Source: Trichoplax sp. H2 (Eukaryota). Taken from it: 64,000 bases of DNA. The position numbers were made by a program, and so were the translations under genes. The stretch lies in NCBI GenBank assembly GCA_003344405.1, contig NOWV01000016.1, positions 248,001 through 312,000 on the forward strand, in the 5' to 3' direction. Below the pieces are notes generated by a model, which ran no database searches, had not been told where the DNA came from, and was given only the letters and a program-made list of their open reading frames with translations. Shown here piece after piece: positions 14,001 through 29,100 of the stretch (its first letter is position 1; the number at the start of each line of letters is the position of its first letter).

Positions 14001-17000
14001 TTTCAAAATAGACACTATAAACACTTAACTTTGTATTCACAAGTGCACTTAAGAAAGGTATAGTTATAATATGATGGTTTTTATGATGTTTTCTAGCTGC
14101 TATCGTCTGTTACATGGAAGAGAACTATATTAGAAATGGCCTATTGATCTAGTTAAGATTTAAAACACTAATTAAAATTACGATAAAATAGACTGTATGA
14201 TATTTGATAATGGGCTATTTCTTGAACTTTATATATATAAACGGTTATGTACCGATTCGTCATTATTTTATCCTATTATTGCCTAAAGACAACACTAGCC
14301 CAACTCCGAAAGGAATATTGATCTACAATTGATATCAACTTAGCTGAGTAGTAACCTTTTTCCTATTATTCGATAGATGAAAGTGTCCTTTAGTAACATG
14401 CTGAAGGATTTTAGGGAATTACCGTAGCTTTACCACATAAATAAAATGATCGAAACTACATATCTTCAACCGATTAGTGGATACAGTTATCACAATCGTT
14501 GAACATTGAATCACTTAAATTTGCCAATTATTACTTAAGGCCATTGATAAATTGATGATAATTATGGTAAGATCCCTCTTTTATATGTAACAAAGAGATA
14601 TAGAAAGCGAAAAATTAGTTACCGGTATATATTGCGCTCAACTCCATTGCACAGGAAATTTCAATTATAATATTATTGAATTTTGTAATTGATTGATTGC
14701 GTAATTGATACTTTTTTTGAAGAGATGATGTTTATTTTACTGGTTAAGTCATGCCGTCCGTAATATGGCCATTTGTTGTCAGCAAAATGAAGTAAATTAA
14801 TGGAGGCTCAAGAATTTTGACGCTGTACCATTGCCTCATATGATACAAACTTGATACTTGAGGAAAGTCAGGATATAATTACACTTTCTCAATACTGAAA
14901 GTAATAGTGGGGAGTAATTACATAGATAGCGATGGGATCAAATTTATTTCCAAAACTATCAGTTATAATATATTATATTGGCAAGTGTATGTATATGCAA
15001 ATATCGATAACTTTATAACCAATATTAATTAATTAACTAATTATTATTGAATATATAGGACTATTTGTTTGATTTTGTTAATGTTTCAAGTTATCTTATT
15101 TATATCGTTATGCCAAGTCAATATGTCTTTTCTTACTACATATCAATTTGATAGTTGTTGAAAATTTAAACGGTGTTTTAATGCCCGTGCCAATATTTTT
15201 AGCCTCAACATACACTAAACGCTATCAGATCAAGTCACTTTAGGATGGCTTGCGATTCTCATAATTTTAAGGAATATCGTTTTATACAGCTTAAGATACA
15301 ATGGTAGGTTATGCTACCATAGTTAACGCAGGCATATTGATTCTTCTACATTTATTGATGGAAGTATTATATAGTAAGGTAAGTAAGCATTTGTTACGGA
15401 TAGTTTTAAATTCTTTATAGAATATATTCAATAGATAGTCAGCTTAACAGGGATTGAGTTGTCTTAAATTCATACAATCTACAATATTTGTTAAGAATGG
15501 GGACTTAAAATGTATTTACCAGTAAGAAAAGAGAGTCTTGTATTACATGTTACGCACTCTATTTGTTGAAGTCACTTGAAAAGTATTTTTTCTAGTAGGA
15601 AAGAGGAGCCTTGAGTTGTATCTTATACAGTATCATCTGCATACGCGTATTATAGCCATGAACTCGTTTATTGCTTCAAATCCTTTTTATAGTTTACAGA
15701 CTCATAGATAGTTTGATGAGCAGAACGAAGACTGGTTGCTGTTTTTTTCTTATAGAAAACTCTGTTTGCCGAGGGATATCGCTTAATAGATTAATTATTT
15801 ACGAACAAGGGTTCTTCTATTGTCTTATAAGTTACATTGAAAGCAGCGAATTTATTCGCTTTATTGATGGGTAAAGGAAAATTTTAATCCGCGGTGAAAA
15901 TATGTATAAAGGCTTTTTAATCATCTGTCGTGTGAATTCTTTGCATTTTTTTGAATTGATAGTTGGTAAATTTAACTGAAATTAAAATTTCCTTTCAACT
16001 GAGCACTCAATAGTATTAAGAAAATCTCGTTTTTAAAACTTACAACATTTGATAATTAATGGGTAGTCGAATTTTTTTTCATGCATCCGAACTACAATGA
16101 CATAAGAATCGATTAAGGAACCTATTTCAACCTATAAGTTGATAAAATTAAAATTTTAATTCATGACAATATTGCAGTACTTCATTTATTTGCTCTCAAC
16201 AGTATTATAATTACATTAAAAGATTATTATTGTAATTCAGTCTTATCATACCAGTTTGGGATAACATATTTATTTTGTGTAGAATTAATAATGAGGCTCT
16301 TTTTTGAATTTGATATATTTTATACGTTTCTTTCAGGTAACTTCAAAGCAACTGTAGAAAAATTTTGTAACGCTAGTGATATCTAATTACTAGTAGTCGA
16401 GAAATAGAAATGGTCTAGTAATGCTATCAGTCATTTTTAATGTACTGATAGATATTATTGATTGATATAGTATATTGTATAACGTTGATAATTTAAATTT
16501 GAGTTAAAAATAAGATTACATAGGATGAATACGATAGATGACTGCGAAATGTTTCAATTAAAATAATGTAATATTTCATAAATATTTTCAATTTGGCATA
16601 ATTGAGTCAAGTGTATTGAAGTGATAAAAATTCATTACGTGCTGATAAATTAATATTGTACTTTACTGTATGTGCAAAAGAAAATTTAACCACAACTCTT
16701 CTGGTGGAATTACTAATAAGATTATAGCTAATTTAATTGGTATTATTGGCATTCTTGATGTGAGGTAATTTACTGAAACGTCGAAAATAAATTAGATAGA
16801 GTAAGCTCGTACTCTATTTTATAGTCGCATTTAGGTTTTTATAGGATTAAATAAAAAATATCGCGATAATGCATCGCTTAAGTTGTGGCTATCGACATCC
16901 CATCACTCGTATGTACGTAAATAGTATCGCAAGAACTTAAATTACTGCCATCTTCTTCGTGCAATTTTTGTACTACGATAAGATACTATTACCGCTGATA

Positions 17001-17289
17001 AACATCCATTAGGTAAGATCAATTTGTCACTATTTCACATCATTAATTTAGAGTAATTCTTTTTTAATTAGTATTTTAGAATGGAGTAAATGATGAAATG
17101 TATCTATTACGACTTAGTGCTATTGATTGTTACATAAGATTAATCAGAGTGAGAACATGTGAATAGTTTATGGATAGATATTGTGTTAACTTGAATAGTA
17201 TAATAATCTCATAGGGCTCTAAATACAGAGATGTGTCTGTTTATTTTTATTATCCTCTAAGATAAGAATAATTCCGCCGATGCATCTTA

Positions 17290-18385
17290 CGATGCACACT
17301 GCTTTACTCGGTATCTACTCAGTGAAAAGTGTGATCCAATAGGATATACTGTATAGTGGAATATCGTAGTTTTGCCAATTATGTGTATATGTGAGCTATC
17401 AGTGGTACTGAATAATAGAAATAACAGTTCATCATTTTCATTTTCTACGTCTTTTCGAGTAAAAATGTTGTAATCATGGACTACTAGAAAAATACGTGTA
17501 GCAGTATTTTTGTAGTGGTCTATAGTTTTAACGTAATGCCCGGTAATGGTGAATTTAGAGTTGGATATTTCCCAATGACGTTGAAATTTTAAAAGCTAAA
17601 CAGTTTACTAAAATGACAATCTATATCAACTATACAGTAAGTCCGATTGGAATTCCTCTGTATCTGAAGAGTTCAAAGTGCGATCCAATATGCTTTGCGA
17701 TAGAATATTGTAGTTTTATCCACTATTAACGGTAGTGAGTGGTGAAAATAGCAGCAGTTCATTATTTTCACTTTCTGCCTCTTATCATATGACAACGATG
17801 GACCCACTAAAAAAACAGTGATACTTTTGTAGTAGTCCGTGATATTAATGGTAGTGAATAGCAGAAGTAGTAGTTTATCATTTTCACTTTCTGTGTCTAA
17901 TTGTGTTACAACCATGAACTGACTAGAAAAATAGTGATACTTTTGCAGTAGTCTATGGTCCCAAACGCAATAGTGAATTTAGAGTGGCGTATTTCCCAAT
18001 GACATTAAAACGTTGAAATTGTAGAACTAAACTACCTATTAACAAGATGATATGTACGCGTATATTTCACAGAATCGATTTGCTTCTACATTGATAATAT
18101 CTATACGGGTAATTACTCTATAGCTGAAGAGTTAAAAGTGTCATCCAGTATGCAATTGCGGATATACAGTAAAGTACCCTAGTTTTTTAACTATTAGCGG
18201 TGTTGAGTGGTCAAATTAGTAGTTGATCATTTTTATTTTCTACGTCTTATCCTATTACAACCATCTGGCCCACTAGAAAAATAAGTACTTTTACAGTAGT
18301 CCGCCATTCCAAACGCAATGGTGAATTAAAAATGGAGTATTTCCGAGTGACATTGCCATTGTAAAGCTCAACTACCATTTAAGAT
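17290..18385. repeat. Degenerate tandem repeat, ~350-460-bp unit, ~3 copies
   Basis: AAAGTG..ATCCA.TA, TCATTTT.A.TTTCT, CACTAGAAAAAT and GTGAATT..A..TGG..TATTTCC.A.TGAC recur three times. Confidence 0.65.
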
Positions 18386-18495
18386 GGCATTTATATAAGA
18401 ATCTATAGGCTTATCATGGCGAATCTTGGAGATGAATACGATAGAGTGTGATTGAAATTTCATGGGTGCCTTGGAGCATTTTTTCAGCTTGCTGC

Positions 18496-19206
18496 CAGTA
18501 TAGCGCAGAATGGTGGGCCTAAATTTTAACGCTTAGCTACTGGCCGCAAATGGAAATTTGCACTGTATATATATGAGATATAGAATTGTATTATACATGT
18601 ATCGTTTTGGCTTTCGTGTTCATTTCAGTATGGTGGCGTATAGAATTGTCGGAGGGGATTATAGACAGTATAGCGCAGAATGGTGGGCCTAAATTTCAAC
18701 GCTTAGCCACTGGCCGCAAATGGAAAATTTGTACTGTACTGTACTGTATATATATATATGTTATATTATACATGGATCGTTTTGGCTTTCGTGTTCATTT
18801 CAGTATAGTGACGTATAGAATTGTCAGAGGGGATTATAGAGAGTATGAAGCAAGTGGGCCTAAATTTCAACGCCTAGCCACTGGCCGCAAATGGAAATTT
18901 GCCTGTATATATGAACGTGACCGTATGCGAAATGACAATACGGCAAGACATTTTGCAAAATGTTAAGCAGTATAGTCATTTTACAAAATACTTTAGCTAC
19001 AGTAGCTGTCATTTTGCTACAACAATTTTAAATCTTTTAATCCTAAGGGCAGTTTGCAAAATGGCCAATTTCGCATACGGTCACGTTCATATATATGACA
19101 TAGATAACTATATTATACATATATCGTTTTGGCTTTCGTGTTCATTTCAGTATAGTGGCGTACAGTATAGAATTGTCAGAGGGGATTATAGAGAGTACGA
19201 AGCAAG
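18496..19206. repeat. Tandem repeat, ~170-190-bp unit, 3 copies (third interrupted by the MITE)
   Basis: GTGGGCCTAAATTT.AACGC.TAGC.ACTGGCCGCAAATGGAAA recurs at about 18513, 18683 and 18854; ATCGTTTTGGCTTTCGTGTTCATTTCAGTAT recurs three times. Confidence 0.85.
18906..19095. mobile_element. MITE-like non-autonomous DNA transposon (~190 bp)
   Basis: Perfect 28-bp terminal inverted repeats TATATATGAACGTGACCGTATGCGAAAT (18906-18933) and its reverse complement (19068-19095), with no coding capacity. It sits in a TA run that is uninterrupted in neighbouring repeat copies. Confidence 0.75.
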
Positions 19207-19244
19207 TCTACTACAGTACTGTATACTGTAGGTGCACGCTGAGT

Positions 19245-19623
19245 CAAATCGCGTTTCTAGGTCTAAACTTGGGTATAATACACTATTTTCTAGTACAGAC
19301 ATGGTACAGTAGATAATGAAAAGATCAATCGGTACCCCTATTGGTATCCAATCTCTGTGCCTTCACTGTACTGTGTATCGTGCTTGTCTGGCGTCATCCA
19401 CAAGTTGATTAGACGCAGCAAGACATCGCGGTAGCAAATCTCGTTTCTAGGTCTAAACTTGGGTATAATACACTATTTTCTAGTAAAGACATGGTACAGT
19501 AGATAATGAAAAGACCAACCGGTACCCTATTGGTATCCAATCTCTGTGCCATCACTGTACTGTGTATCGTGCTTGTCTGGCGTCATCCACAAGTTGATTA
19601 GACGCAGCAAGACATCGCGGTAG
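19245..19623. repeat. Near-identical tandem duplication, ~190-bp unit x2
   Basis: 19245-19434 and 19435-19623 both run CAAATC.CGTTTCTAGGTCTAAACTTGGG...AGACATCGCGGTAG with only a few differences. Confidence 0.9.
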
Positions 19624-19698
19624 TAATCGTTCTTGCGATACTTTCCAGCAACATTGGCCAGCAATTTATCCCCAAGTTAACCTATTTCATGCTACTCT

Positions 19699-19711
19699 AT
19701 GGCCAAAAAGG
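19699..19711 (+). CDS. Candidate alternative first coding exon of the SLC44 gene (MAKK-G)
   Basis: ATG GCC AAA AAG G|GTAAGA has the same phase-1 G|GTAAGA donor as the exon at 26120-26150 and splices in frame to exon 27336. Confidence 0.4.
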
Positions 19712-22700
19712 GTAAGAAATAGCATAATACTATATCCTTCCATGAAAACTGGATCGATTATGGCAATCGAAAATTATCTATGTGGATAAAATGATCACTA
19801 CGCCAAGACTAATCCAATATTCACCATTTGCATTTTGTTATCCAGTCGTCAAGATACCATAGCTATCTCTGATAAGCCAGTCTACAGTAGGGTACAGTAT
19901 AGTCATTATGGATGTGTTTGAACAGCGGGTCTACTGCCCCTAGTCCAATATTTTTTTTTCCGCTTTTTCAATGACTGTTTAATCATTGAGGATTCAATGG
20001 TGTTTTCTTCCTCTTGCATGGAATGATGGAAAAAAAAAAAATAGCAAAGAAAAATCATGCTTTTAGCGCCATACATTGACTGGAATATTCTTTCCAATCC
20101 ATCCTTTCCATAGGCGTATTGACTGTGTGCGTAGTTTCATTTTTTTTTCTCTCTCTTCTTTCATTGTTCTGACACTCTGCTCTATAATAATTCATAATAT
20201 AATATAAATTATTTCTTGACAGAGAGTCATTGGAATATCGTTTGATTCTTTATTGTAAATAGTTTAAAACTATCGAGCAATGAATTATTTTACTCTCTGA
20301 CTACAGATAGATGATCAAGTTAAACCGAATGATTGATCAAGGAAACATTTATTTTAATTTTTTTTGGCCTTACCGATCCATTCTACCGTATTTATCCATG
20401 ACAACACACTATCAAGACGAAAAGGCTATTGACGATAGTATTGTAATTCTAATGAACAATGTAATTAAATGATGTGACTGGGTAGGCGCTAAACGTTTAT
20501 AGATGCACTACAAGACGTTTACTTAACTTTTATTGGATTGAAGTCAAAGTCAAGGTAATGAGAAGTTAGATCAACTTTTTCCTCATCACCTTAAGCTTAA
20601 CAACTTCAGTCTTGACCAGTGGTTTTGGAGTGGACGCGGTAGCATCGATCCAGTTTGCCTACATACGCATACAGTACTGTACAGTATGTGTTATGTACCG
20701 TAATAATATTCGGACGGCACAGCGATCGTCCACATAAAGTTTACTCTGCTAAGTAAAGTAAAGAATTGGTAACGAAGAATGATCAACTTTGATAATACAC
20801 GTTCATTTTAGATATTCAGTGATCACTTTAGCACAGTAATGTGTAACTGCTAAACACTCTCCTCATCAAGAATAACGATTACACTTCTGGCAATATTGAC
20901 GCCCATGAATGTTCAATAGTGTACATACATACTGTATTTGAGAGGTTAACTTAAAAGAATTTAATACCTACAGTATGTATATGTCATATATAGTCCTAGG
21001 CCAAAGGTAATCACGACAGGCGGAATATTTGTTGTATGTTTATGCATAAATGTAGAATGCTCTTATGTCAATAGAAGTAGCCGTAGCGCATGATTACATA
21101 TCGACATAGAAGTTTGAAGTGTTCAACATCTTGACGTAAGCAGATCTTACACGAGATGATGTCAGTAAGACAGATGTTGAAACGTTTCTTGGTATCATCG
21201 TAGACCGCTCCATGCTGCAATGAATTGGAAGACTGATGACTTATTGACTACCACCACGACTGTAGATCAACACCGTAAAATTGTCAAATCTTATTAATCA
21301 CCAGTAACAACTGCGCTCATGTGATATTCCCGTGCGATTGCATGAGAATGACAGACTAGAGATGTTTTAGAACCTGATTTTGGTATCAAAACAGATTAGG
21401 CTATAGCTGGGAGAATTTCTTTTATCTTTTTAAGGTTAGAGCCTGATAGTAAAGTTATTTATCTTCCTGATCAATTTTCATTTTTGCGATAGAAAGGGGT
21501 GGGGAGGAAAGAGAGAATTGCATGCAGATAAATGTGACAGCAATTCATCAATCGTAGAAATCGAATCGAATGCTGCTTGCATTGGTTACAAAGTTATGTT
21601 ACAACTACAGGGCTTTTACAAGTATCCAGCTTTTGTTAGCTTGATAATTCTTTTCGATCCTGAAACAACAATTGATTCATCTTTTAAATAAGCATAGATA
21701 TCAAATGTATTCGACTGTCAGCCATCTTCATTACCATACTTAATATTTCCCAATACAACATGTCTATTTTACTGTACGGTTGGTACTTTGTATGCCTTTT
21801 ATTATCAGACATCCGTTTTCAGCTATTGTAAAAAGTCACATTTGTATTGATTCTTGATAGCAAAGTACAGGAAGTTAACGTCGTAATTAATTATAAGGTT
21901 ATAAAACAAAGATCGATTTGATGAAAAGTATCACGTTACAAGCGTACTATTTAATACTGAGAAGAATTATTATATCACCTATAGTGTAGACGTTTAAAAG
22001 TATCTTGAGAATGGCAGGATCAATTGCGCTACGTCGTAATTATTTTATAACAGCAGTTAAGACCGACTAATAGCGATAAATCATAACTCAAATAAAGTGG
22101 TCAGGTTTATAATACATTATGGACGTTCAAAGTATCTTGAGGATGGCAAAATTAATCGCGCTACTGTTGGATGAACTCACCTTGATTCAATAGCACTCGA
22201 TTGTTGACTATGAATACTTGTATTGCGATTAGTGTGATTGAATTTGAATGCATAGCCAGCATTTACATCCCTAACATATTAAATGTATGATTAGCAATTA
22301 ATTTCATTATGAAATTGGATTGTCTCCCAAGGTTCATTATTATATATATATATGTATATGTATATATATTTATGATTTCATTATGAAAACTACCGCTTGA
22401 TTCATTTTGTACTGTAGTATTGCTTAAATTCTATGGGTCATTCACTATAATACACAGACTAATATGCTATAACTTCCTTCGTAAAATTTCTGAATGGATG
22501 TGATTCTTGTACTTTATTTCTTGGTGATAACTTCTTAAACTATCATTTATACCCTTGTTTAAGTACATCGATTAATCACCGATATTCAACATGTATTCAT
22601 ATCATCATTATATTAAGTAACGTTAATACTATAACTTTTCATTGTTGAAAAAAATACCCAATTTGCGCTAATTTTAAGTTTCACAAGCTGTAATCATGTG

Positions 22701-25700
22701 CCAATCTCAGCATGTTCTTTTCATTCTACGCCGTATTGATTTTTGCAATCAAAGTACTAATCGATACATACTGATAAAGCGAGGTGGTTAGTTAAGTCTA
22801 AAAAAGTAATATTGATCAGTAAAAATTGATTTTGTTTACACTTACTCATTTTATCTGTGTGATAGTTGACGTAATGAAATTAATTTACAGTAGAATTTGA
22901 TTTATAATACGGTAGATAGTATGGATAAACTTTGGTATCCTATACAGTACATTGGATTAATGTCGTTATAAATTACAGTACTAGAAGGGCCACAATTGAG
23001 TAGTCAATGATATCAAGATTAGTTGGTAAGGATATAGGAAAGCGAAATCGCGCTACACTCTTCCTTTCAGTTTGGATCTGCAGCTTAGCAATACGTGGAC
23101 ATATTAGAAATGTAAAATTATGAAAGTGATCGTTAAGTCTTGACATTATAATTTTTATTTAAATATACTTTTATCTTCATCTCTTAAGAAGTTGTACGTA
23201 AATTTTAAAACTCCCGAAATGATAACGATGATATCTACACTAATCGGTTTAGTTCTTACATGAAAGAATTTATAATGACATTTTAAGTTGATAGAGTGAA
23301 CTCATTAATAGATGATTTCATTAATACATGAATATACAAATCTATCTCAGTATATGAGATCCCAACAAATTTTACGTCGAAAATTGATTACTTGACTTGG
23401 CAATCTGTGACAAGTAGATATTTTGATTGAAAAAGTACAGCTTCATTACCAATACGCTGGGTTAATTAATAATTTTCGATAGTTAATTAAGAAATTTAGA
23501 TGAGAATATGTGAAATACATACGGTATATTTACCTGTCCTCACTCAATAAAACCTTAGGCCGTATGATGGTGTCATGCCTGATAGTAAATTATATTTCAC
23601 TGTAAGTAGATTTATCAAAGATGTCCTTCGTCCTTGTTGTAAACGGCTTACTGATGATAACTCTTAACTGGTTATATCAGTACTCCTTAATTTTAAACGC
23701 CATTTAAGATGCCCAAGATGTCACATCGTGTTACACTTTGTTGCATAATTCGCACTACAATTTCAAAGTAATCTTTACTTTTAAAGATTGCAATTTTTTG
23801 ATTAATTCTGCTGACTTATGCATTGTCTTTTTGGACGAAAACGTGGTATAGCATGTTTGAAGAGCGTTTTAATAAATAAATAAAGTCAGAAGTAAATTTG
23901 AATTGAAGGCACAATCATTTGTTACGTACTCTTTTTACATGGCTAATAGTCATAACGATCAGTATTCAAAATCCTAATCAACAAATTGTAGACGATCAGG
24001 TGGATAGTATTTGCGCTGTTTTGAATTATCTTAAATGAAGGCTTAGACTATTTGTGCCGCAGTTACAGTACTTATTTCAATGTATTGTTCATTGGATATT
24101 TGCAGAAGTAGTTAGATATCATTATTCGTGATTAATATACTACCGTACGATACTGTGCTTGTACGTACGATGGGCTGAAGAGAAGTACGAAAGAATACAG
24201 AATGCATGAATCAGACTCACTAAATCTACTCAGGGCTGCTTAGTAACATTCGTACGTTTTAATAACTTGGAAAGTTTTGAAAATTTACAAATCCGTGTAT
24301 ATTTGATCTCGAAATACGTAAAATTGAAATCTAAAAATCTATTCCTATCCCAAAACAAGAGTAATTACAGGCCATTTACAATTTTTATACAGTGGTAAAT
24401 TTTTAAATTACTACCTTGAAATATTACAAGCCGTTACTCAGCTTCAATCATAATACTCGCATCCTGTAGAGTATATACCATGTTATATATACCATATCCA
24501 TTCAATACACGTATGGCCCAGACGTAAATACTCGTAAGAACTTACGTAGAACTTGGAACGCAACTCTGAAATATGAATGACTGACTGCTTTAGCAAACTC
24601 AATACTGACAAGATATTGATATAAGTAAAGATAAACTATCTTGTTAAATGGAGTAGACGCCTAACAATGGAGTCATTATCATATTTCGTTACTAGATGAC
24701 GTTGGAGATCCCTTCCATTTGCATTGGCTAATATCTTAATGACGTAAAACTAGCTTTTATAGTACGAGTATTGATGTAATATGATTAATCGCTTCCTTGT
24801 TACACCCGTTTTTGTCCTATGTAATGAATTGATCAGTTGATGCTTCTACGATGGCAATAGTTATCATTATCATCCTGATTTAAGTTTACGACAGCTAAAA
24901 AAAAATTGACAATATGAAGTAAGCAGTTTAACTGCTAAATACTCGAGTTTATAATCATCATGTTGCATATTACATTTGCTATTACTAGATGATACAATGA
25001 TTAAAGCCATGCCTGATTACTATACAGTGCTAACAGTAAACCGGCGTTTTGTTGTTTCGCCACAATAATCACCTACAGTTGTGAAATTGTGGCATTCGTT
25101 TACAAATCTTAGAAAAGATTAAACTTGATGAAACATGAGTCTCTTATAGTCTATGTTAATTGAGATATATTATCTGGTATCTCTATACTAATAGTTGAAA
25201 TTTCTCATAAAGTTGGGAGATTACAATCTAATTCGTATTTGTATTTTTTGCTTTTATTACTGATTATTGTAGCAGGTTGCTATAGGTCTAATCGTAGATA
25301 GTTATTGTGCAGCACTAATTTATATTGTTATTGCTAGTACATTGTGATTTATACAGTATTCCTTAGTGCTACATTACAGCACTTTTTAGTGCTTTTATAG
25401 CAGGCGTGTCAAGTAAACAATTTTACTAATATCGCACAGAAATCATAGATGTACAGTAGATGAAAATAGTGATACATAGCGGTACAGTAATTAAACATGA
25501 TGATGGCTAGCGCTAATTCTGAACGTTTTCTAACATCCAAGCTATCCAAATACAAACTACACGTAGATTAATGAAGTAAACTGTGCTGCCTTATTCCTAC
25601 TAATCTAGATGTTAATAGATTAAATTACTATTACGTCAAAAGTACTCTTTTTATATTCAAATTCGGCTTATTACTCTATGGCGTTAATATTGACAGAGTG

Positions 25701-26119
25701 CAGTACGGTTATAGGTGGCTATTCATGCATTCATACTCTTTCATATAGTGCGATCGTATGTAATAGACATAGTTGGTATTTATGAGTGTATCAATCAGGG
25801 GGTATCGGGCGTTAACCAGTAAAAAAAGGAAGTACTACGGTACTTAGATTAAACTCTAAACTGCAAATATATTATAGGTATAGCGTTCCATACAGCAGTG
25901 CAAGCAGTGGAATATAGTACCGTTAACATATTACATAGACGTGATCAAATCTGTTATTCGGGACTACGATAATCTCTTACGGTATTTTCTTCTTGTCTCT
26001 CAAGCGGTCATTTTTCATACTAGTTTTTTGGGCTTTCGAGTATACAGGCATTTTTAACCTTTTGATAGTAAAACGATAAGTGTTGAAATAATCGTTAAAC
26101 GATTAAATTACTGCTAAAT

Positions 26120-29100
26120 ATGGGACAAGATGAGGTAGATGGGAAACACGGTAAGATCGTTATTTAATGATTGTGTTTAAAGCAATCGCGATGTTAATCA
26201 ATTTTTTAATTCGCTATATCATCGAGTCTACTATTAAAGTGTAGAATTTTGATTACGAATTCATTTGCTAAGTCGCTCTAAATTCGGCTATGATGAGCAA
26301 GTAACATAATTAAAAGTGTACAATCATATACGTATATGTTGTAACTTAGCTGCTAATGATAACGAACGAATCCTAACACAAACGCTCTCTCTGAGTAAAG
26401 CAAAGTACATCGACTTGATTAATTCGCCATCATAAGCAAGATCAATGAAAAAAATTTGATTGAATCAACAATATGGCGATCATTGAAACTGTAATAGGTT
26501 TTTTTGTTGAACTATACCGATCATTGCTATATAATAGTTTTCTCTAGTTGGATAGAATACTGTACTCTGTACAACAGTTGTTTTGCTGGAAAAAAATAAT
26601 TCAATGTTCCATAGTTTTACCATTTCGTAACTTTAAATTATAACATTAACGACCGGCAATAGCATAAAATACAATAGTTGTGTAGGATCTTTAAAATATT
26701 GTAGCTGTCTCACAGCAAAGTGACTTAAATTTATGTCTAGACAGGATCATATTCATATCCATGCTTAACAATTATTCCGTATACTCGTTATGCTGTAGTT
26801 GACAGCGGTCGAGCCAGTAATGAAATTAATAGCAAGATTCAATTAACATACAACTAGCGTTTATCGTTTATTCTATGCAGTTACGTTAATTTATTGTACT
26901 GTGTCGTTTCCCTTTCAACTCGGTTAAAAATCAGACCACTTAGAGAAATTTTAGCAGATTGTACAACTAGAATTACACCCGTTTATCTTATTTGCTTTAG
27001 TTAATTGTAATGTTTTCTTGTTGAATAAAGCTATCGAATCATACATGAAATTTAATCATGGGTTCATTCCATCGCACTACTAAACACGAAAGATTTTACT
27101 TATTGTATTTAAAAAGCTAAAATCTTTAAAATCTTTAACTTAATTCAGCTTCTTAATTGTTAGTGGTAGTTATTACATTATCCTCTATTTTGATACCATA
27201 TTACCAGAAATTAATCACGGTCATGTTGCCATGATGTTATTATTCAGACATTTACTATTTCTGATGTTTCTTGATAAACTGAAATAAAAGAGGATTAACA
27301 ACATTTTTAATAACTAAATATTCATCCATTATTAGGTAAAGCAAAACAGCATGATCCGGACTTTAAAGGCCCCATCGCAAACCGGTAGGATATACGTAAA
27401 TCGTTGCACTATTACATAACACACTCGTACCATAGAATACTGTAGACAGATTTATCATTACTTTAATTATCTTCTGATACTGTAATAAATAAATAATAAT
27501 TCCACAAGACATTAATTCCTATAATTTTTAAGATGAAATTGATACGGTAAGTATTTACTACCTGTAACCAAAAATTATGGTATTAAGTACAATATTACTA
27601 ATCTATCCGTTCTATTATACTACGTAAGTTTTACGCGTAAATGTGTTGCAAATTTCGCTACCATCTACCCTATGTACGAGGCTGATTTAATTGCTATTTT
27701 ATTCTATTTTAGGGGCTGCACTGATATCATTTGCTGTTTACTATTCACGGCTTATGTGTTAGGATTATTCGTATTGGGTGTATTTGGTAAGAAAACACAT
27801 CGAAATTAAAATTTGATAGTAATCTTGAATGTATTAATACTATCTGGTTAATTTATATTATTGGCACATAAATTCTGTTCGTACATCATATATTTGGATA
27901 AATACCTCATTTATATGTAAGTCGTGAATCAATTTTTTTAATTAATATTTATTCCTGTCTAGCTTTCATTAATGGCAATCCATCACGTTTAATTTATCCT
28001 ACTGACTCGTATGGTAAATTCACAATGATTATATCTATCTTTATTTGACATAATTATTGGGACTTTAGACTGTTAATGATACTTTTAACTTAACTAACTA
28101 GGAAACTTGTGCGGTAGCGGAAATATGGCGTAAGTAGCAAAAATATTGTATTTTGTACAATATATTTAGAGTTTTACTTGTTTGATTTACGAATTTCTTA
28201 TACGTTATTCCATAACAAATATATGTGCTAAAGTAGTTCAGTACTTGGCAAGGCATTACAGTAAAAAAGTTTGTAATTTCTATTAGGGATAAACCATATC
28301 TACTATTTTTTAATATCATGGAGTGTACGAAAGCCAGTGGTGTTTTTCAGTTTCAGTGTCCAACACAACAGGTCAGACTTCATTATCATGTAGCAATATC
28401 CTGGTAAAACACATTTTTTACTAATAAAAGGGTTTTAAACTATCTTTATGATATCCCATGATAACAGAAGTGTCTCACTCGATAACTTTTGATTCTTTGT
28501 AGATTTGTGTCAAGAGTTGTCCTACGACCAACATGGATGGAATTCGATCACCGGCTAATGAAACTGTTTGTGTCTATCATGTAACTGCTTCCAGTCCATC
28601 TTCAACTGTAAGTTAAAGCTAAAATAGAACTTCCAAGCAATAGGATGTGGTCTTGCTTTCTTAGTATTTTACCTCTGCTTTAACTGTACTATTGTCATTA
28701 AAATATAGGATCGAACCAATCAGGTTCGAGATGGTGTATGTGCACCATTTTATCTCAAGAGTACTTCACGTAAGTATATAAATACTGTACGATATCAAAC
28801 GTTTTTATATCCTCAAGCTGTATAATGTCACATTAAATTGAAAACTTATAATTTCGGTTATTGTAGAGGTCAGACGCTGCATCCCTGATGTAATACAAAA
28901 TTCAACAAGTGCAGTGGTAGACTCTACTACCGGGCAAACTTTGAAAACTCCTACAGGTGACCCGTTCTCATTGTCAGATATTATAAACGGCGAAAGGTAT
29001 TATAAATACTTGGATTATTTATGATGTATGCGTAAGTCATGGTTATTCTCTGATGTAACTTTCCATTTATTCTTGCAGTGGCGTTGCTAAGTTCTTAAAT

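Noticed and set aside
18586-19231. ORFs of 126 and 110 aa
   Set aside because: They are translations of the tandem repeat and MITE.
21068-21217. Minus-strand open frame HGAVYDDTKKRFNICL...YGYFY* after a cag acceptor
   Set aside because: No partner exons or known motif found; cannot be supported as coding.
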